The position numbers and the translations under genes are program-made. A stretch of DNA of 63,703 nt, filler included, from Octopus bimaculoides (Eukaryota), in the NCBI RefSeq assembly GCF_001194135.2. It is 7 parts of 6 records of this genome, joined end to end, with 100 filler letters (N's around TTAATTAATTAA, not from the genome) between each part and the next. Parts side by side here need not be neighbours in the genome. Positions count along the whole stretch, not along the records: positions 34,303 to 42,951 come from NC_068997.1; positions 43,052 to 51,629 come from NC_068997.1; positions 51,730 to 58,364 come from NC_068981.1; 4 more parts are not named here. The stretch is one strand, 5' to 3'. The stretch's first letter is position 1; each line of letters begins with the position of its first letter. Positions 39,621-53,038 of the stretch are shown piece after piece. The notes beneath the pieces were generated by a model. It searched no databases, had not been told where the DNA came from, and saw only the letters and a list, made by a program, of their open reading frames with translations.

Positions 39621-40374
39621 TAAATATTGCTTCTGATTTAAGCTGTATGTCAATAATATTGAGCGAGATTAAAAGAGATTTGATCTAGAAAAGCTGGAAT
39701 GAAATATTGACATCAATGAGATTTGACCACATGATATGAGTGAGAAGAATTATTACAAGGCGTTTCTCTCTGGCGCTCTAACGATTCTCCCAATTCGTCT
39801 TAGATGCCAATAAAATAGACATAAATAGGGACATATATGTACCTTTTATCTTTTGTTTCAGGCAGTAGTCTATGGCCATGCTGGGGCACTGCCTTGAGGA
39901 ACTCTGTGTCAAATGGATCGACCCACGTAGTTTATTTTAAGCCGGGTACTTAATTTTATCGCTCTCTCTAAGTTACAACAGGGTATACACACCAGCACCG
40001 GTTGTCAAGTAATGGAGGAAGACCCAGAAACAGACACAAGAAGAAAACACCCACTAACACGCATATATANNNNNNNNNNNNNNNNNNNNNNNNNNNNNNN
40101 NNNNNNNNNNNNNNNNNNNNNNNNNNNNNNNNNNNNNNNNNNNNNNNNNNNNNNNNNNNNNNNNNNNNNNNNNNNNNNNNNNNNNNNNNNNNNNNNNNNN
40201 NNNNNNNNNNNNNNNNNNNNNNNNNNNNNNNNNNNNNNNNNNNNNNNNNNNNNNNNNNNNNNNNNNNNNNNNNNNNNNNNNNNNNNNNNNNNNNNNNNNN
40301 NNNNNNNNNNNNNNNNNNNNNNNNNNNNNNNNNNNNNNNNNNNNNNNNNNNNNNNNNNNNNNTATATATATATG

Positions 40375-40408
<34 letters not shown>

Positions 40409-40493
40409 AAAAGAGAGAGATTAGATAGATAGATAGATAGACAGATAGATACATACATACATACATACATGCATACATGCATGCATACATATT

Positions 40494-40532
<39 letters not shown>

Positions 40533-40536
<4 letters not shown>

Positions 40537-40630
40537 GAGGAAGAACCACCAGGTGGCTTCCTAATATGCTAGAGATAGACGCTAAATCCTCTACCATATT
40601 AGGAAGCCACTTGGTGGTTCTTGCACTTAT
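40533..40630. repeat. About 40-bp-stem hairpin
   Basis: aagaaccaccaggtggcttcctaatatgctagag pairs with ctctaccatattaggaagccacttggtggttctt, with a loop of about 14 nt. Confidence 0.9.
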
Positions 40631-41370
40631 TTATATATTTAAATATAATTTATAGTCCTCTACAGTTTTTAAGTATGCTGGCCACTGGTTTAAATTAATA
40701 TTATCTAATAATATTAATGTGTACCCACATTATTTAAATTTTATATATGTAGATATATAAATATATACAAGCACACACATACACACAAACAACATGGATA
40801 CGGGCACATATACATGTGTATGTATGCATACATATGTGCCAGTGTGTGTGTGTGTGTGTGCGTATGTGACGATATACCTACCTAGTACACTTATATGCAG
40901 AATCAAATTTATACGTTTTTAATCACAGTCACACACGCACGCTCAGAATTAATGTAGCAAGAGATATGTAAACATACGTACATACAGAAACACATGCACA
41001 TATATAGAATAACAAGGAGGCTATACACACACATACACACATACACATACATTTGTTCACACAGACACATGCATATACACGCACACAGTCGCACGCGTGC
41101 ATATATATACACACATGGATATGAACACATGGATACACACACACACACGCATATATATACATGCATATATATGCACTCATACATACATAGAAACTCTAAC
41201 GAACATTTACACACACGTGCGCGAATGCAAAATCACACGCATATAAGAATCTAAACACACACGCATGCATATACACATACGCACACACACACACACACAC
41301 ACGCACACACGCACACACCAGCTCGCACATACACACATAGAAATATACACACGCATACATATATAAATAT

Positions 41371-41413
<43 letters not shown>

Positions 41414-41559
41414 AATATGTACACACACAGAGGCATATGCACACACGCACGCACTTACACACGTAGATATACACACGCACACGTCTATACATATTCTAAT
41501 AGTTCGCTTTACCTTTCATCGAACCAAGTATGTCTCTCTTTCTCCCTCTTTGCCTCTCT

Positions 41560-41593
<34 letters not shown>

Positions 41594-41824
41594 AAAGTGT
41601 GTGTGTAATGTCATGATTGACAACCTGAATAAATAATTCAATAATAATGAATTATAGAATCAATGTCAAATTCTTGTGACATGAAATATTGTGCTTTATA
41701 TATCTTTCTATCTCTCCTTTCTTTTCTTCTCTCCCTCTCTTTCTCTCTTTCAGTCAAAAATATCTTTCTTTCTTTCTTTTCTTTATTCCTTTGCCTCTGT
41801 CTATCAATCTCTATATCCTCTCTC

Positions 41825-42056
<232 letters not shown>

Positions 42057-42273
42057 GACACGCACACACATTTATATACATATATATGTATATATCTATT
42101 ACACACAGCGTATCCATTACATAACTACTCATTGATTTAACCCTCTGTTTTCGTATAATTCTAAGTCTCTCCTTGTTTATCTTGGTATTTGGATTGCATT
42201 CCATTTCACTGAGCCCTTTACTAAAAATACATGCCCCCCCCCATAAAAAAAACGTTATTATATCTAACATGTT

Positions 42274-42308
<35 letters not shown>

Positions 42309-42951
42309 AAGTCTGCGTGTGTATTTGTTTTCTTTCGTATCTATCCTTTTTCGCTATGCTATACATCTTGCCTTTCTCTCCATCTTTGAATATGGCCTCA
42401 CATTCATGACTCTAAGTCTACATTGACTGAGCCTGCCTCTATGTGCAACTGACCAATATGTCTGACAATCTGTTTGTAGCTTTAATACAATAGAAATACA
42501 TCCATTGGTTCCACCAGATGGGTTTAAAGACTAGATTACTCTAAGTGTACTGCCTCTATCTTACACGTCTGTCCTACCGACAAACAAAAAGGCAAATAAG
42601 TTATAATACGAGAGAACCATATCCATTAGTTTCACCAAATGACTTCAATCACCGAACTACACCAATTCCATATCGTTTCAAAACTGTAATAAGTTGATTT
42701 TACAAGGATTATAAAGAATTTGATCCCATTATTAAATCATTAAAAGCGGTGCCCCCTGCATGGCTGCAATCCAATGAGTGAAACATGTAAAAGAAAACAT
42801 GACTAACTGAATAAAAAAAGAATAAAATAAACAAGTGTATATCATCGTTCACATACAACAAATGATCACACTTCCACTGGATATCCGGTTTCCTATGCTA
42901 TTCTATCTGATTATCTATCGTAAGATATCCAAACGTATCTCTTATCTTTGA

Positions 42952-43051
42952 NNNNNNNNNNNNNNNNNNNNNNNNNNNNNNNNNNNNNNNNNNNNTTAAT
43001 TAATTAANNNNNNNNNNNNNNNNNNNNNNNNNNNNNNNNNNNNNNNNNNNN
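42952..43051. other. Artificial scaffold spacer
   Basis: 44 N + TTAATTAATTAA + 44 N. Confidence 0.95.
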
Positions 43052-43054
43052 TGT

Positions 43055-43061
43055 TATTCAG

Positions 43062-43100
<39 letters not shown>

Positions 43101-43103
43101 TAC

Positions 43104-43180
<77 letters not shown>
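43055..43180. repeat. (TTA)n array at the 3' end of the R4/Dong copy (further arrays at about 44716-44800, 45323-45452 and 8660-8798)
   Basis: Direct reading of the sequence. Confidence 0.95.
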
Positions 43181-43182
<2 letters not shown>

Positions 43183-44716
43183 TAGTTTTACTTTTATCAC
43201 GTGCTTCCCTGCACTATCGAGCGCAGCTCTGTGTGCCTTGGGTATGTGCTGTGGTTTTTGTCGTGCTGCTCTTCTTTTCACTGTATTGAAAGTTTTACGT
43301 AGGATGGTTGTGGTGCCTAGTAGTGCTATTTTCTGTATGTTATATATACTTGTAAATCCTAATGTTTTTGTCATGCATTTGTATGAATGCTTTCTTTGTA
43401 TCATACTTAATGCATCTACTATGATAGGAATTGTTTCTGATTTTAGGCTCCACATTCCAGTTCCCTCTATTTCCAGACCTTTGTATTTTGAAAGTCTCTC
43501 CGTTTCGTTTAGAGAAACATTTTGTTGGTATTGATACATCAATTAGAAAGCATTTTTTTCTTGGTGATCTCTGACAACTATATCCGGTATGTTGGTCGTA
43601 ATTTCTCTATTTGCGTGTATTGGCATATCCCAGAGTATGGTTGCTTTCTCATTTTCTGTAACCTTTTCTGGTGTGTGCCTATAAAATCTTTTTTCTGTTG
43701 TTATTCCATAGCGTTGGCATAGCTTCCTGTGTATATAGCTCCCAATTCTGTCCTGTCTATGAATATATTCCTTCCTAGCCTGTACTGGGCATCCAGAGAC
43801 AATATTATTTATTGTTTCTTTTCCATCTCCACATATCCTGCAGTTACTTATATTTCTTTTCTTTACATGTTTTTGGTGATTTCCGGTTGGAAGGCTTTGA
43901 TCTTGATCTTGTACTGCAATCAAAAAGACTTCAGTCCTTGCTTTGAGTCCTGAGCTTCTCAGTTATTGTTTGGGATTTTGCTTTTTCTATTTGTTTTCTG
44001 TTAAATTTAACCCAACATTTGCCATGAAGGGGCTTTTCTTGCCTTCATTTTATCATGATCCGTTGCTGTTCCAGTTTTAGTTTGGATTTCAGTTGTTTTA
44101 CAGCTTTTGTTGTTTCATCTTTTTCTTCATAGTTGCTAGGTACTGTGATTCTTTTTGTATTTCTTAACTTCCTTAAAGACTGAAAACAGTTTTTGTTTTG
44201 TTCGTGTTTTGTGTTTTTTTTGTATTAGTTTTCTTTGCTTCTGAAGTAGTTATTCCTGTAGTCCTATGGTGATTATTTTGTAATAATTTTCTAACTGTAT
44301 AAAGCCTCTACCACCTTCAATACGTTGTACATATAACCTTTCTATGTCAGATTTTGGGTGGTGCATCCTAAATCCTGTCATTATTTTTCTTGTTTTCCTG
44401 TATATTTTGAGCAATTCATTTAGAGTCCAGTTAAGAATGTTCTAGCTGTAACTTATAACTAGGACGGCTCGCGTGTTGGTACCCATTATCTTGTTTTTCG
44501 CATTGAGCTTTGTCTTCAGTATTAATCTGGTTCGTCCATAGTATTCTTTCTTTCTTTTCTCTTTCATTTGTGTGTTGTATCCTATCTAGTTCATTGATTC
44601 CTAAGTATTTGTATGTCTGGATTTGGTCTAAATTATCTTATTTGATTTGCTTTATCTAGTGTGATGTTGCTAGACTTAACTAGTTTTTCCTCTTTTCATG
44701 GTTGCTTTGGCACATT
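43180..44716 (-). mobile_element. 5'-truncated R4/Dong-clade retrotransposon (RT C-terminus, CCHC knuckle, RLE endonuclease, 3' UTR) between (TAA)n arrays
   Basis: YKYLGINE, HPKSDIERLYVQRIEGGRG, CRICGDGKETINNIVSGC, NIPDIVVRD, LIDVSIP, KYKGLEIE and IALLGTTTILRKT are all present, with frameshifts and stops. Flanked on both sides by long TTA repeats. Confidence 0.92.
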
Positions 44717-44726
44717 ATTATTATTA

Positions 44727-44799
<73 letters not shown>

Positions 44800-45322
44800 C
44801 ATTGAATGAGAGAGCAGTGTATGCCATCGAAGTGACACTGGGGTGCAGATATACGAAGCCTAGTATACCCAACATGACTACACGTCCGATAAGAGTACAC
44901 CAGGCACATGCATCACAACCATATGTGCGCGACATGGTGATCTCCTATCAAAATAAACAGAGCATGACCTTCCAGATGGGGCCCAGTTAGAATTTTCTTC
45001 GGGTGGAGTAGCCCATCCTGCTCAAAAGCTCTCTGAATAAGGGTAGTTTAAGGATGATGAACGAAACACCCATGTTTCCAGAGGTGAATTATTCAAACCC
45101 CAAAGAATTCCTCTCAGCACATGGTTATGATGCTACCCACTACTCTTGTTCATGATCAGAGATGCACATATTATCAACCACCAAGGGATATGCTCAACTG
45201 GTTAAGATCAAGCAACTGACAAAGCAAATCTGTGGTATTGAGCAGAATATTTGCTGTAGCCCATCTTTTTATACCACGACAAAACAATGTACAAGAAAAC
45301 ACTTCCAATCAGTTAAAATGAA
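44800..45322 (-). mobile_element. About 520-bp non-coding interspersed-type element embedded in (TAA)n
   Basis: Complex sequence with no recognisable ORF, bounded on both sides by TTA arrays. Classification as a retroposon is inference. Confidence 0.45.
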
Positions 45323-45365
45323 AAACCATGAGAGCCACCGTCTGGTACTGCATCAGGGCATTTAC

Positions 45366-45452
<87 letters not shown>

Positions 45453-45453
<1 letters not shown>

Positions 45454-45600
45454 GTATGTTTGACTTTTGCTTTGTATTTGTGCAAGTTGACTCCAAATCT
45501 CACCCAGAGACCTCAAGAGACAAGTTAGAAGTTCATGTTGGTGCTATGCCCAGGGTATCATATATTTGGTTTTGCACATAGTATTGTTCTAGAGAATGTT
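45453..45600 (-). mobile_element. Retroposon 3' end repeat (second copy at about 8965-9040)
   Basis: tatgtttgacttttgctttg...ctcacccagagacctca..agacaa occurs at both loci, each time adjoining TTA repeats. Confidence 0.7.
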
Positions 45601-45641
45601 TNNNNNNNNNNGCTATGTATGTATGTATGTATGTATGTATG

Positions 45642-45672
<31 letters not shown>

Positions 45673-45719
45673 ACGTATGTATATATATATATATATATAT
45701 ATTTTATAAGAATTTCTTT

Positions 45720-45862
45720 AAGTTTTTGTCTCTGAAATCTGCTTCCAGATTGGTCGCCCGAGGCTGTATTAGTAGGCACTTGCCCAAGATGCCATGAGAT
45801 GGGGCTGAATCCAGAACCATGTTGTTGGGAAACAAACTTCTTACCACACAACCACGCCTGCG
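45720..45862 (-). mobile_element. SINE family B head
   Basis: cacttgcccaagatgcc...ccagaaccatgttgttgggaaacaaacttcttaccacacaaccacgcc. Confidence 0.8.
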
Positions 45863-46203
45863 CCGTCGGAACTTTTGCGGGGAGACAATGGCATCGAACC
45901 AGTAATTGACTGGAGCTTATTTAAGAGATCCCAAAAGGTTGAAAGACAGTGAGTGCTGACCCCGACGAGATTAGAACTCAGAAAGTATGGAATCGGAAGA
46001 AATTACGCAACGCTCTATACGAATCTCTGGCAACTTTGTACACACACACACATACACACGCATACACACACATACATACATATATACATACATACATGCT
46101 TACATACATACATAAATATATACATATATACATACATACATGCATACATACATACATATATACATGCGCGCGCGTGTGTATGAATATATCTATATAGACA
46201 GAC

Positions 46204-46269
<66 letters not shown>

Positions 46270-46489
46270 CTGTGCGTGTGTGAATGTATATTTTTGTATG
46301 TCGATATCTTTGTTTAGGTTACGCGGCTTTGCGTCACGTCTTGCAAAAGATGATAACCTAGCTTTTCGATGAATTATATTCACTAAAATTACGTGTACTG
46401 GGGATAATTTGATCAATTAGATAGACTCAAAAATTTCGTAGATGGTGGCCTATACAGATAAACACTCACACACATGCATACATAATACA

Positions 46490-46522
<33 letters not shown>

Positions 46523-46624
46523 GTGTGGTCAGAACGATATGAAGCGCACACAATATGCTGTTTGCATATTTGACAAAAATCTTTCCACTCGGGCCTGTGA
46601 GAGTAATAGAAAGCCACCTACCAT

Positions 46625-46800
46625 CTACGTTTGTTGCTACTGTCGCTACTGTCGCTACTGTCGCTACTGTTCAAATGCACTTACACACCGACGTCATCCT
46701 TATCAAAACATTAACTACAACTACTACTACTGCTACTACTGCTACTACAACTGCTACTACTACTTCTGTTACCGCTGTTACTGCTGCTGCTGCTGCAGTT
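46625..46800. repeat. (gctactgtc)x3 followed by a (CTA)/(CTG) field
   Basis: Direct reading of the sequence. Confidence 0.85.
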
Positions 46801-48599
46801 ATAACAGTCACCACAACCTCCATTAATGGTGATCTCCGTATTATCGTATGCTGCACGAATATCCACATACGACTACACATACAGGCAACAATGTTCCTAG
46901 AAACGGCACTTGTAACACAACCCTCCCCACCTCCCTCTAATTTCTCTTTGTCTCTCCTAACTCTAAATCTTCTCTCCATCACAACCTACAAGCGTTACAC
47001 ACGTGGACGCTTACTTAACCAGACTGAAATAACAGGTTAATGTCCCTCACAGATGACCCCCTAGCTTCTCAAAAAGCAGACGGAGCATTGATATTCTGCT
47101 CATACATATATGTTAATTATAAGACAGGAAAGTCATGGATGGGATACTTTTGATTCTAGATCTGACCAGTATGGTAGTAAACAATCAAAAACTAAACAAG
47201 AACGTTTGGTTTCCCATTTAGAAACTTCTCACAGTTCTAACCCATCTCTCAGTCTGTGAGGAACCTTTTTGAATGCCTGTTTTCTTCCCCTTCTGTCATC
47301 TTTCCTTTTTCTTCCATTGTCTCCTCTCTTTCATCTCTTTTCTTATTCACATCTTCGACCTCCCACAATAAAGAAATTCTCCACTTCTTTTATTCTAACA
47401 AACTGTATACCTTTACGCATAAACATGCACACACATACACACACACACACACGCATACACACACATGAGCGCGCATACACACACACGCACACACACACAT
47501 ACATGCAATCCACGTACACACGCACACACACACAGATGCCATCCCAAAAATGATTCTTACAAGAGAACTCTTAAGAGTTATTACATCTAAATAAGTTCAT
47601 CCGATTTACTTTATCTAAAAGGTGCTCTGTCTTAAATTGTAGTTTACCTTCTTTTATTGCGTATTGTATAAATATCAGCGAAGTTGAATGAGGAAAAAAA
47701 AACAGGTGCCTTTCTTGAGATTCCTTGAGATATTTGCTCTACATAACGGGCTACAGACATCCACTTGTCTTTCTTGCTGCCACAAATGCAATGAACCAGT
47801 GATTGAGAAGCTCATTGGAAACGTAACCACCGACACTGTTCTGAAAGCATTGCGATGTACCATAAATACGAAGATATAACACCCTTTCTCCAGTCTCAAT
47901 CTTTGAAATTCATTTCTTCTTCCTCCCACACTCCCACACTCTCATTCCCTATCCGATTTTGAAATTTGAAAACTGTGATTTGCTTATCCTTAACACCTCA
48001 CAAGTGTGCAAGCTTGTTCTTTCTCTCTTTCCTTTCATTCTACTTCCTTTCTTTTCTTCACTTGCTGACATTCACATGAATATCCTCTTTCCCGCTCACA
48101 CACAAATGTTTATTAGCATTTATTTTATTAGCGTTTCGCTTTTATTATTATCGATAGCTAATAAAAGGACAATGGACAACCAGCTGATAGTTTGGCCAAA
48201 ATACATATGCCCAGCAAACTGAAAGTAATTAGTATTTCATTGACTTGCGGTTATGAATTAAATTTATGCTGCGTGAGACTCTCCATTGACTAACAACCTA
48301 TTCATGCTAAACTTCCCATCTTCTTATAGAGCAAAATCGTAGATAAACTCTGATTTGAGACGTGACATTTTACAAATGGAATCGTGAATGTTTCCTCTTA
48401 CACACATAGCAAAAATCTTACCATATCTCGAACATAGAAACTTTTCCGTTCTTCCTCTCGCTCAAATTAATAAAAAAACACGTTCTCTTTCTCCCTGTTA
48501 CCCTCTTTTTACTTTCTCCCCCACTCTCTCACACTCACACACACACTGTACGTGTATGTGTGAATGCATGCATACATACGTATGCTTTATATTTTATCT

Positions 48600-48800
48600 T
48601 TTGTTTCAGTCATTAGACTGTGGCCATGCTGGGGCATCACCTTGAATATTAGTAATACTAATCAACACCAGTACTTAATTTTTTCAAGCCTGGTACTTAT
48701 CCTATCGGTCTCATTTGCCGAAAAGCTAAGTTACGTGGACGTAAACACATCAGCACCGGTTGTCAAGTGGTGGCTGACGACAAACACAAGCACAAACATA
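48600..48800 (-). mobile_element. SINE family D tail
   Basis: tttcagtcattagactgtggccatgctggggc...tatcggtctcatttgccgaa...ggttgtcaag. Confidence 0.8.
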
Positions 48801-48917
48801 GACGTATCTCTACACAAATGGATATGTATGTGTATTTATAAACATCGGTCTATCTATTTGTCTATCTATATATCTGTCTGTCTGTCTGTCTGTTTAAGTG
48901 TTTGTCTACGGTCTGTC

Positions 48918-48968
<51 letters not shown>

Positions 48969-49419
48969 ACATGTCTATATATATCATATATACATATATA
49001 TGGATACACATATATAAATACATATATATCGATACACACACATATATAAAGCAGTCGTACAGGGATAAAAACTCAAAGCTTCTTATTTATTGCAGAGTGT
49101 GTGTATTTTTATTACTAAATATGTAATGTGTGAGATATATGAACATTACAGAATGAAGTTTCGCTATGGCATGGTTCTTTAGGTAAAGTGAGTTAGGCTA
49201 TTTGATTCGAAATTATATATTTTATTAAAAATTTCATGAGTTACTCGGTTATCAAGTTGTATCTGGTTAAGGATTGTATATGTTATTCATGCCGTGTCTT
49301 TAGCCATTTTAATAACAAATTTATCCTTTTATTCTCGTAATGTATGACTTTTTGACGTAGAATTTCGTAGATATTTTTTTCCCGTTTTAACCATTTTTCT
49401 CTCTGATTCTCTCGCCTCA

Positions 49420-49532
49420 TGGGTATGTGGTAAGAAATTTGCTTCTCAACTACGTGGTTCCGGTTTCAGTTCCACAGTGTGGCACCTTTGGCAGGTGTCT
49501 TTTACAACAGACCAGAGCCGACCACTGCCTTA
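49420..49532 (+). mobile_element. SINE family B head
   Basis: atgtggtaagaaatttgcttctcaactacgtggttccggtttcagttccacagtgtggcacctttggcaggtgtc. Confidence 0.75.
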
Positions 49533-49621
<89 letters not shown>

Positions 49622-49625
<4 letters not shown>

Positions 49626-49966
49626 CAATAAGAAAATGGAGGGGATCAATAGGTGATATTCATCAAATTTTAGACATTATATATATGTCAATTTATTTAT
49701 TTACTAAAAGGACAATTATAACAATATACATACATGTATGACATATTATGCTTTACATATATAATCTATAGAATATAGAAATATCAATAATTATTAAAAT
49801 ATTGATATTTTTATATTTATATATTATATATGTAAAGCATGATATGTTGTACATGTATGCATATTGTTATAATTGTCCTTTTAGTAAATAAATAAATTGA
49901 CATATATATAATGTCTAAAAGTTGATGAATACCACCTATTAATCCCCTCCATTTTCTTATTGCTCT
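49622..49966. repeat. 345-bp near-perfect palindrome (foldback/MITE-like)
   Basis: The left arm agagcaataagaaaatggaggggat... pairs with the right arm ...atcccctccattttcttattgctct. Pairing continues inwards with few mismatches to a loop of about 10 nt near 49795. Confidence 0.9.
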
Positions 49967-50587
49967 ATAAATTAATGGTAAAATAACTCTTTACCCTCAC
50001 CCATTTATTACACTCTGTAATGTAGTTGCCATGCATTGAAAAAACACTTGTGTATTAATAATTGGGCATTCTACCAGCAGTATATTGGATAGATATTATC
50101 CCTTATTCGGTTAGATTCACAACCTCTAACTTTCTTGGAATATATATATATATATATATANNNNNNNNNNNNNNNNNNNNNNNNNNNNNNNNNNNNNNNN
50201 NNNNNNNNNNNNNNNNNNNNNNNNNNNNNNNNNNNNNNNNNNNNNNNNNNNNNNNNNNNNNNNNNNNNNNNNNNNNNNNNNNNNNNNNNNNNNNNNNNNN
50301 NNNNNNNNNNNNNNNNNNNNNNNNNNNNNNNNNNNNNNNNNNNNNNNNNNNNNNNNNNNNNNNNNNNNNNNNNNNNNNNNNNNNNNNNNNNNNNNNNNNN
50401 NNNNNNNNNNNNNNNNNNNNNNNNNNNNNNNNNNNNNNNNNNNNNNNNNNNNNNNNNNNNNNNNNNNNNNNNNNNNNNNNNNNNNNNNNNNNNNNNNNNN
50501 NNNNNNNNNNNNNNNNNNNNNNNNNNNNNNNNNNNNNNNNNNNNNNNNNNNNNNNNNNNNNNNNNNNNNNNNNNNNNNNNNNNNNNN

Positions 50588-50622
<35 letters not shown>

Positions 50623-50731
50623 CTATTCAGACATGTACTTTATATTAAAATATTTTGTATAATATTTCCGAAGCGTAGATTTCAGGATAAATGAATACAG
50701 TACAAACGAGTACCAACAATGTATAGTTGTC

Positions 50732-51598
50732 AATTCATTACGGCCGTTTCAAGCGACTCCTTTAATTGATTAATATGAAAATTACATCATTGCAAAGAAA
50801 CTCTTTTCGTCAGATGACTGCATGAACTTCAAACATAACGAACAATTCGACTGGTTTGACATAGTTACAAAATGTTTACACTGATACTGCTGCTGTTCAA
50901 TTGACAGAATGACTTTACCAAATACTTTATATCATGTCAGTACAAATAGAATTTAGAAGATAGCAGAGGTTATAGTAGGGGAAAGGAATAATGGACATCA
51001 GTGTCCCAGTTACCTATACTTCAATACAAAAGAGGGTGGATTGTCTCCAACTGTCTAGAATTAAGTTTTAGAGGAATTGCATATGTATTCTGGTCAGTGG
51101 TAGTAAATGAATTAATATCATGTCAGCCTACTAAACGATCATGTATGATGGAACAATGCATCCAGCTTTATCTACAAAAGTGGGTAAGGCTTGGGATGTG
51201 GGGAAGGGATGATAAGTAGAAGAAAAAAAGTAGATGAAAAAGGGATAGGGAGAGCTGATAGTACTTATTTTGATTACCGTATTCAAAAGAAGACTACTGG
51301 AATAATTATTGGAAAGTAGGGGTAGAAATCAAATAAATTTCAATTATTCCTACCCTGAACTATAACCTCTACTATCTTCTAAATTCTATTAGTTCTGACA
51401 TGATATAACCTATTTGGTAAAGTTACAGTATCAATGTAAATATTTTAGCTTTGTGCAGTTGCGATTATTTTAAATCAGTTGAATTGTCCCTTATGTTTGA
51501 AGTTCACGCACTCGCCTGACAGAAACGATTTCTTTCCAATGATGTAATCTTTTCATTAATCAATTAAAGGAGTCACTTGAAACGGCCGTAATAAATTT
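50732..51598. repeat. Long inverted repeat, arms about 260 bp (50732-50995 and 51341-51598)
   Basis: attacggccgtttcaag.gactcctttaattgattaat...gaacttcaaacataa...tatatcatgtcag...tagaatttagaagatag.agaggttatag occurs in both orientations. Confidence 0.9.
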
Positions 51599-51629
51599 AC
51601 AGTTTTACCTCTTTATTACTCATTTATGG

Positions 51630-51729
51630 NNNNNNNNNNNNNNNNNNNNNNNNNNNNNNNNNNNNNNNNNNNNTTAATTAATTAANNNNNNNNNNNNNNN
51701 NNNNNNNNNNNNNNNNNNNNNNNNNNNNN
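51630..51729. other. Artificial scaffold spacer
   Basis: 44 N + TTAATTAATTAA + 44 N. Confidence 0.95.
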
Positions 51730-51875
51730 ATATCATTGACCTCGCTGGTGGATTGGTAGAATTAGGGACAAAAGGCTTGCAGCAAATATTTTGTTTCAGA
51801 ACCGTTAATTTCTAGGTGTAAATCTTCCGACATTTTCACTCATACACACAACACCAACATATAGATATTTAACAC

Positions 51876-51925
<50 letters not shown>

Positions 51926-52351
51926 AAAACATCAAAACATACACATACACTCACAGACTCATGCGCATTCCTTTCTCCAATCCCACAAGCACACACATAC
52001 AACAATATACGACCACATACGCATACACAGAAGCAATTACTGCATCCATACTATCATCCAGTCGCACAAACGCACACATACGCGCACTTACACGCACACT
52101 ATCACATACACTAAAAACATCAACACATACAGAAGCACACACTAACTCACGCACAATACCGCATACATACCATCACATGCGCACGCACACACGCACACAA
52201 ACACACACACGAGTAGACTATTACATACATAGCTACATCCAATCTCACAAGTATACACACACACACACACAAACATACACACACACACACATACACAGAC
52301 ACACACATGCAAACACACACTATCACAAGCATACCATTATCGAACACCACA

Positions 52352-52388
<37 letters not shown>

Positions 52389-52982
52389 NNNNNNNNNNGC
52401 AAACACACACTATCACAAGCATACCATTATCGAACACCACAAGCACACACACACACACACATACACACAAACACACACTCACAACTACGCTATCACTTAC
52501 ATAACCTCACCAAATTCTATAAGTATACACACACACACACACGCACGGGCACACATGCGCACAGACACCCCTCTACTCACACACACACAGATTAATAAAT
52601 ACGTTATATGTGAGCGGTAAAATGCGATGGAGCTGGCAGATGATCTGTTAGAAGAGAACAGCTATGATCAGTAGCAAGTATAAAATTATTCAAATGGCTA
52701 CATTAGAATGTACTAAGTCAAAGACATAAAGTAGGGAAGTAATAATCAAGGTGTTGCTTTTTTTTGTTGTTGCTGTTGTTATCACCGTTCTTTTCATTGC
52801 TGTTGATGGCGGTTATGTTGTTTTGTTAAGATGGGAAATGGCTATGCAAGGAATGGTTATTAGAAAATTATACAAATAAGGATAGTCTGCTTCGGTTCCA
52901 ATGTCGATCATAGTAATCAATGGCGTGGGAGCTAAGACTTGCCGATGGATGTTCTTTGATACAGATTGAAAATGCAATCTAG

Positions 52983-53038
<56 letters not shown>

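Noticed and set aside
47675-47929. Overlapping 63-aa and 84-aa ORFs in complex sequence
   Set aside because: No recognisable motif and no convincing acceptor/donor pair on either strand.
52307-52460. Direct duplication of about 60 bp (gcaaacacacactatcacaagcataccattatcgaacaccacaagc)
   Set aside because: The two copies straddle a 10-N gap, the typical signature of unmerged contig overlap.
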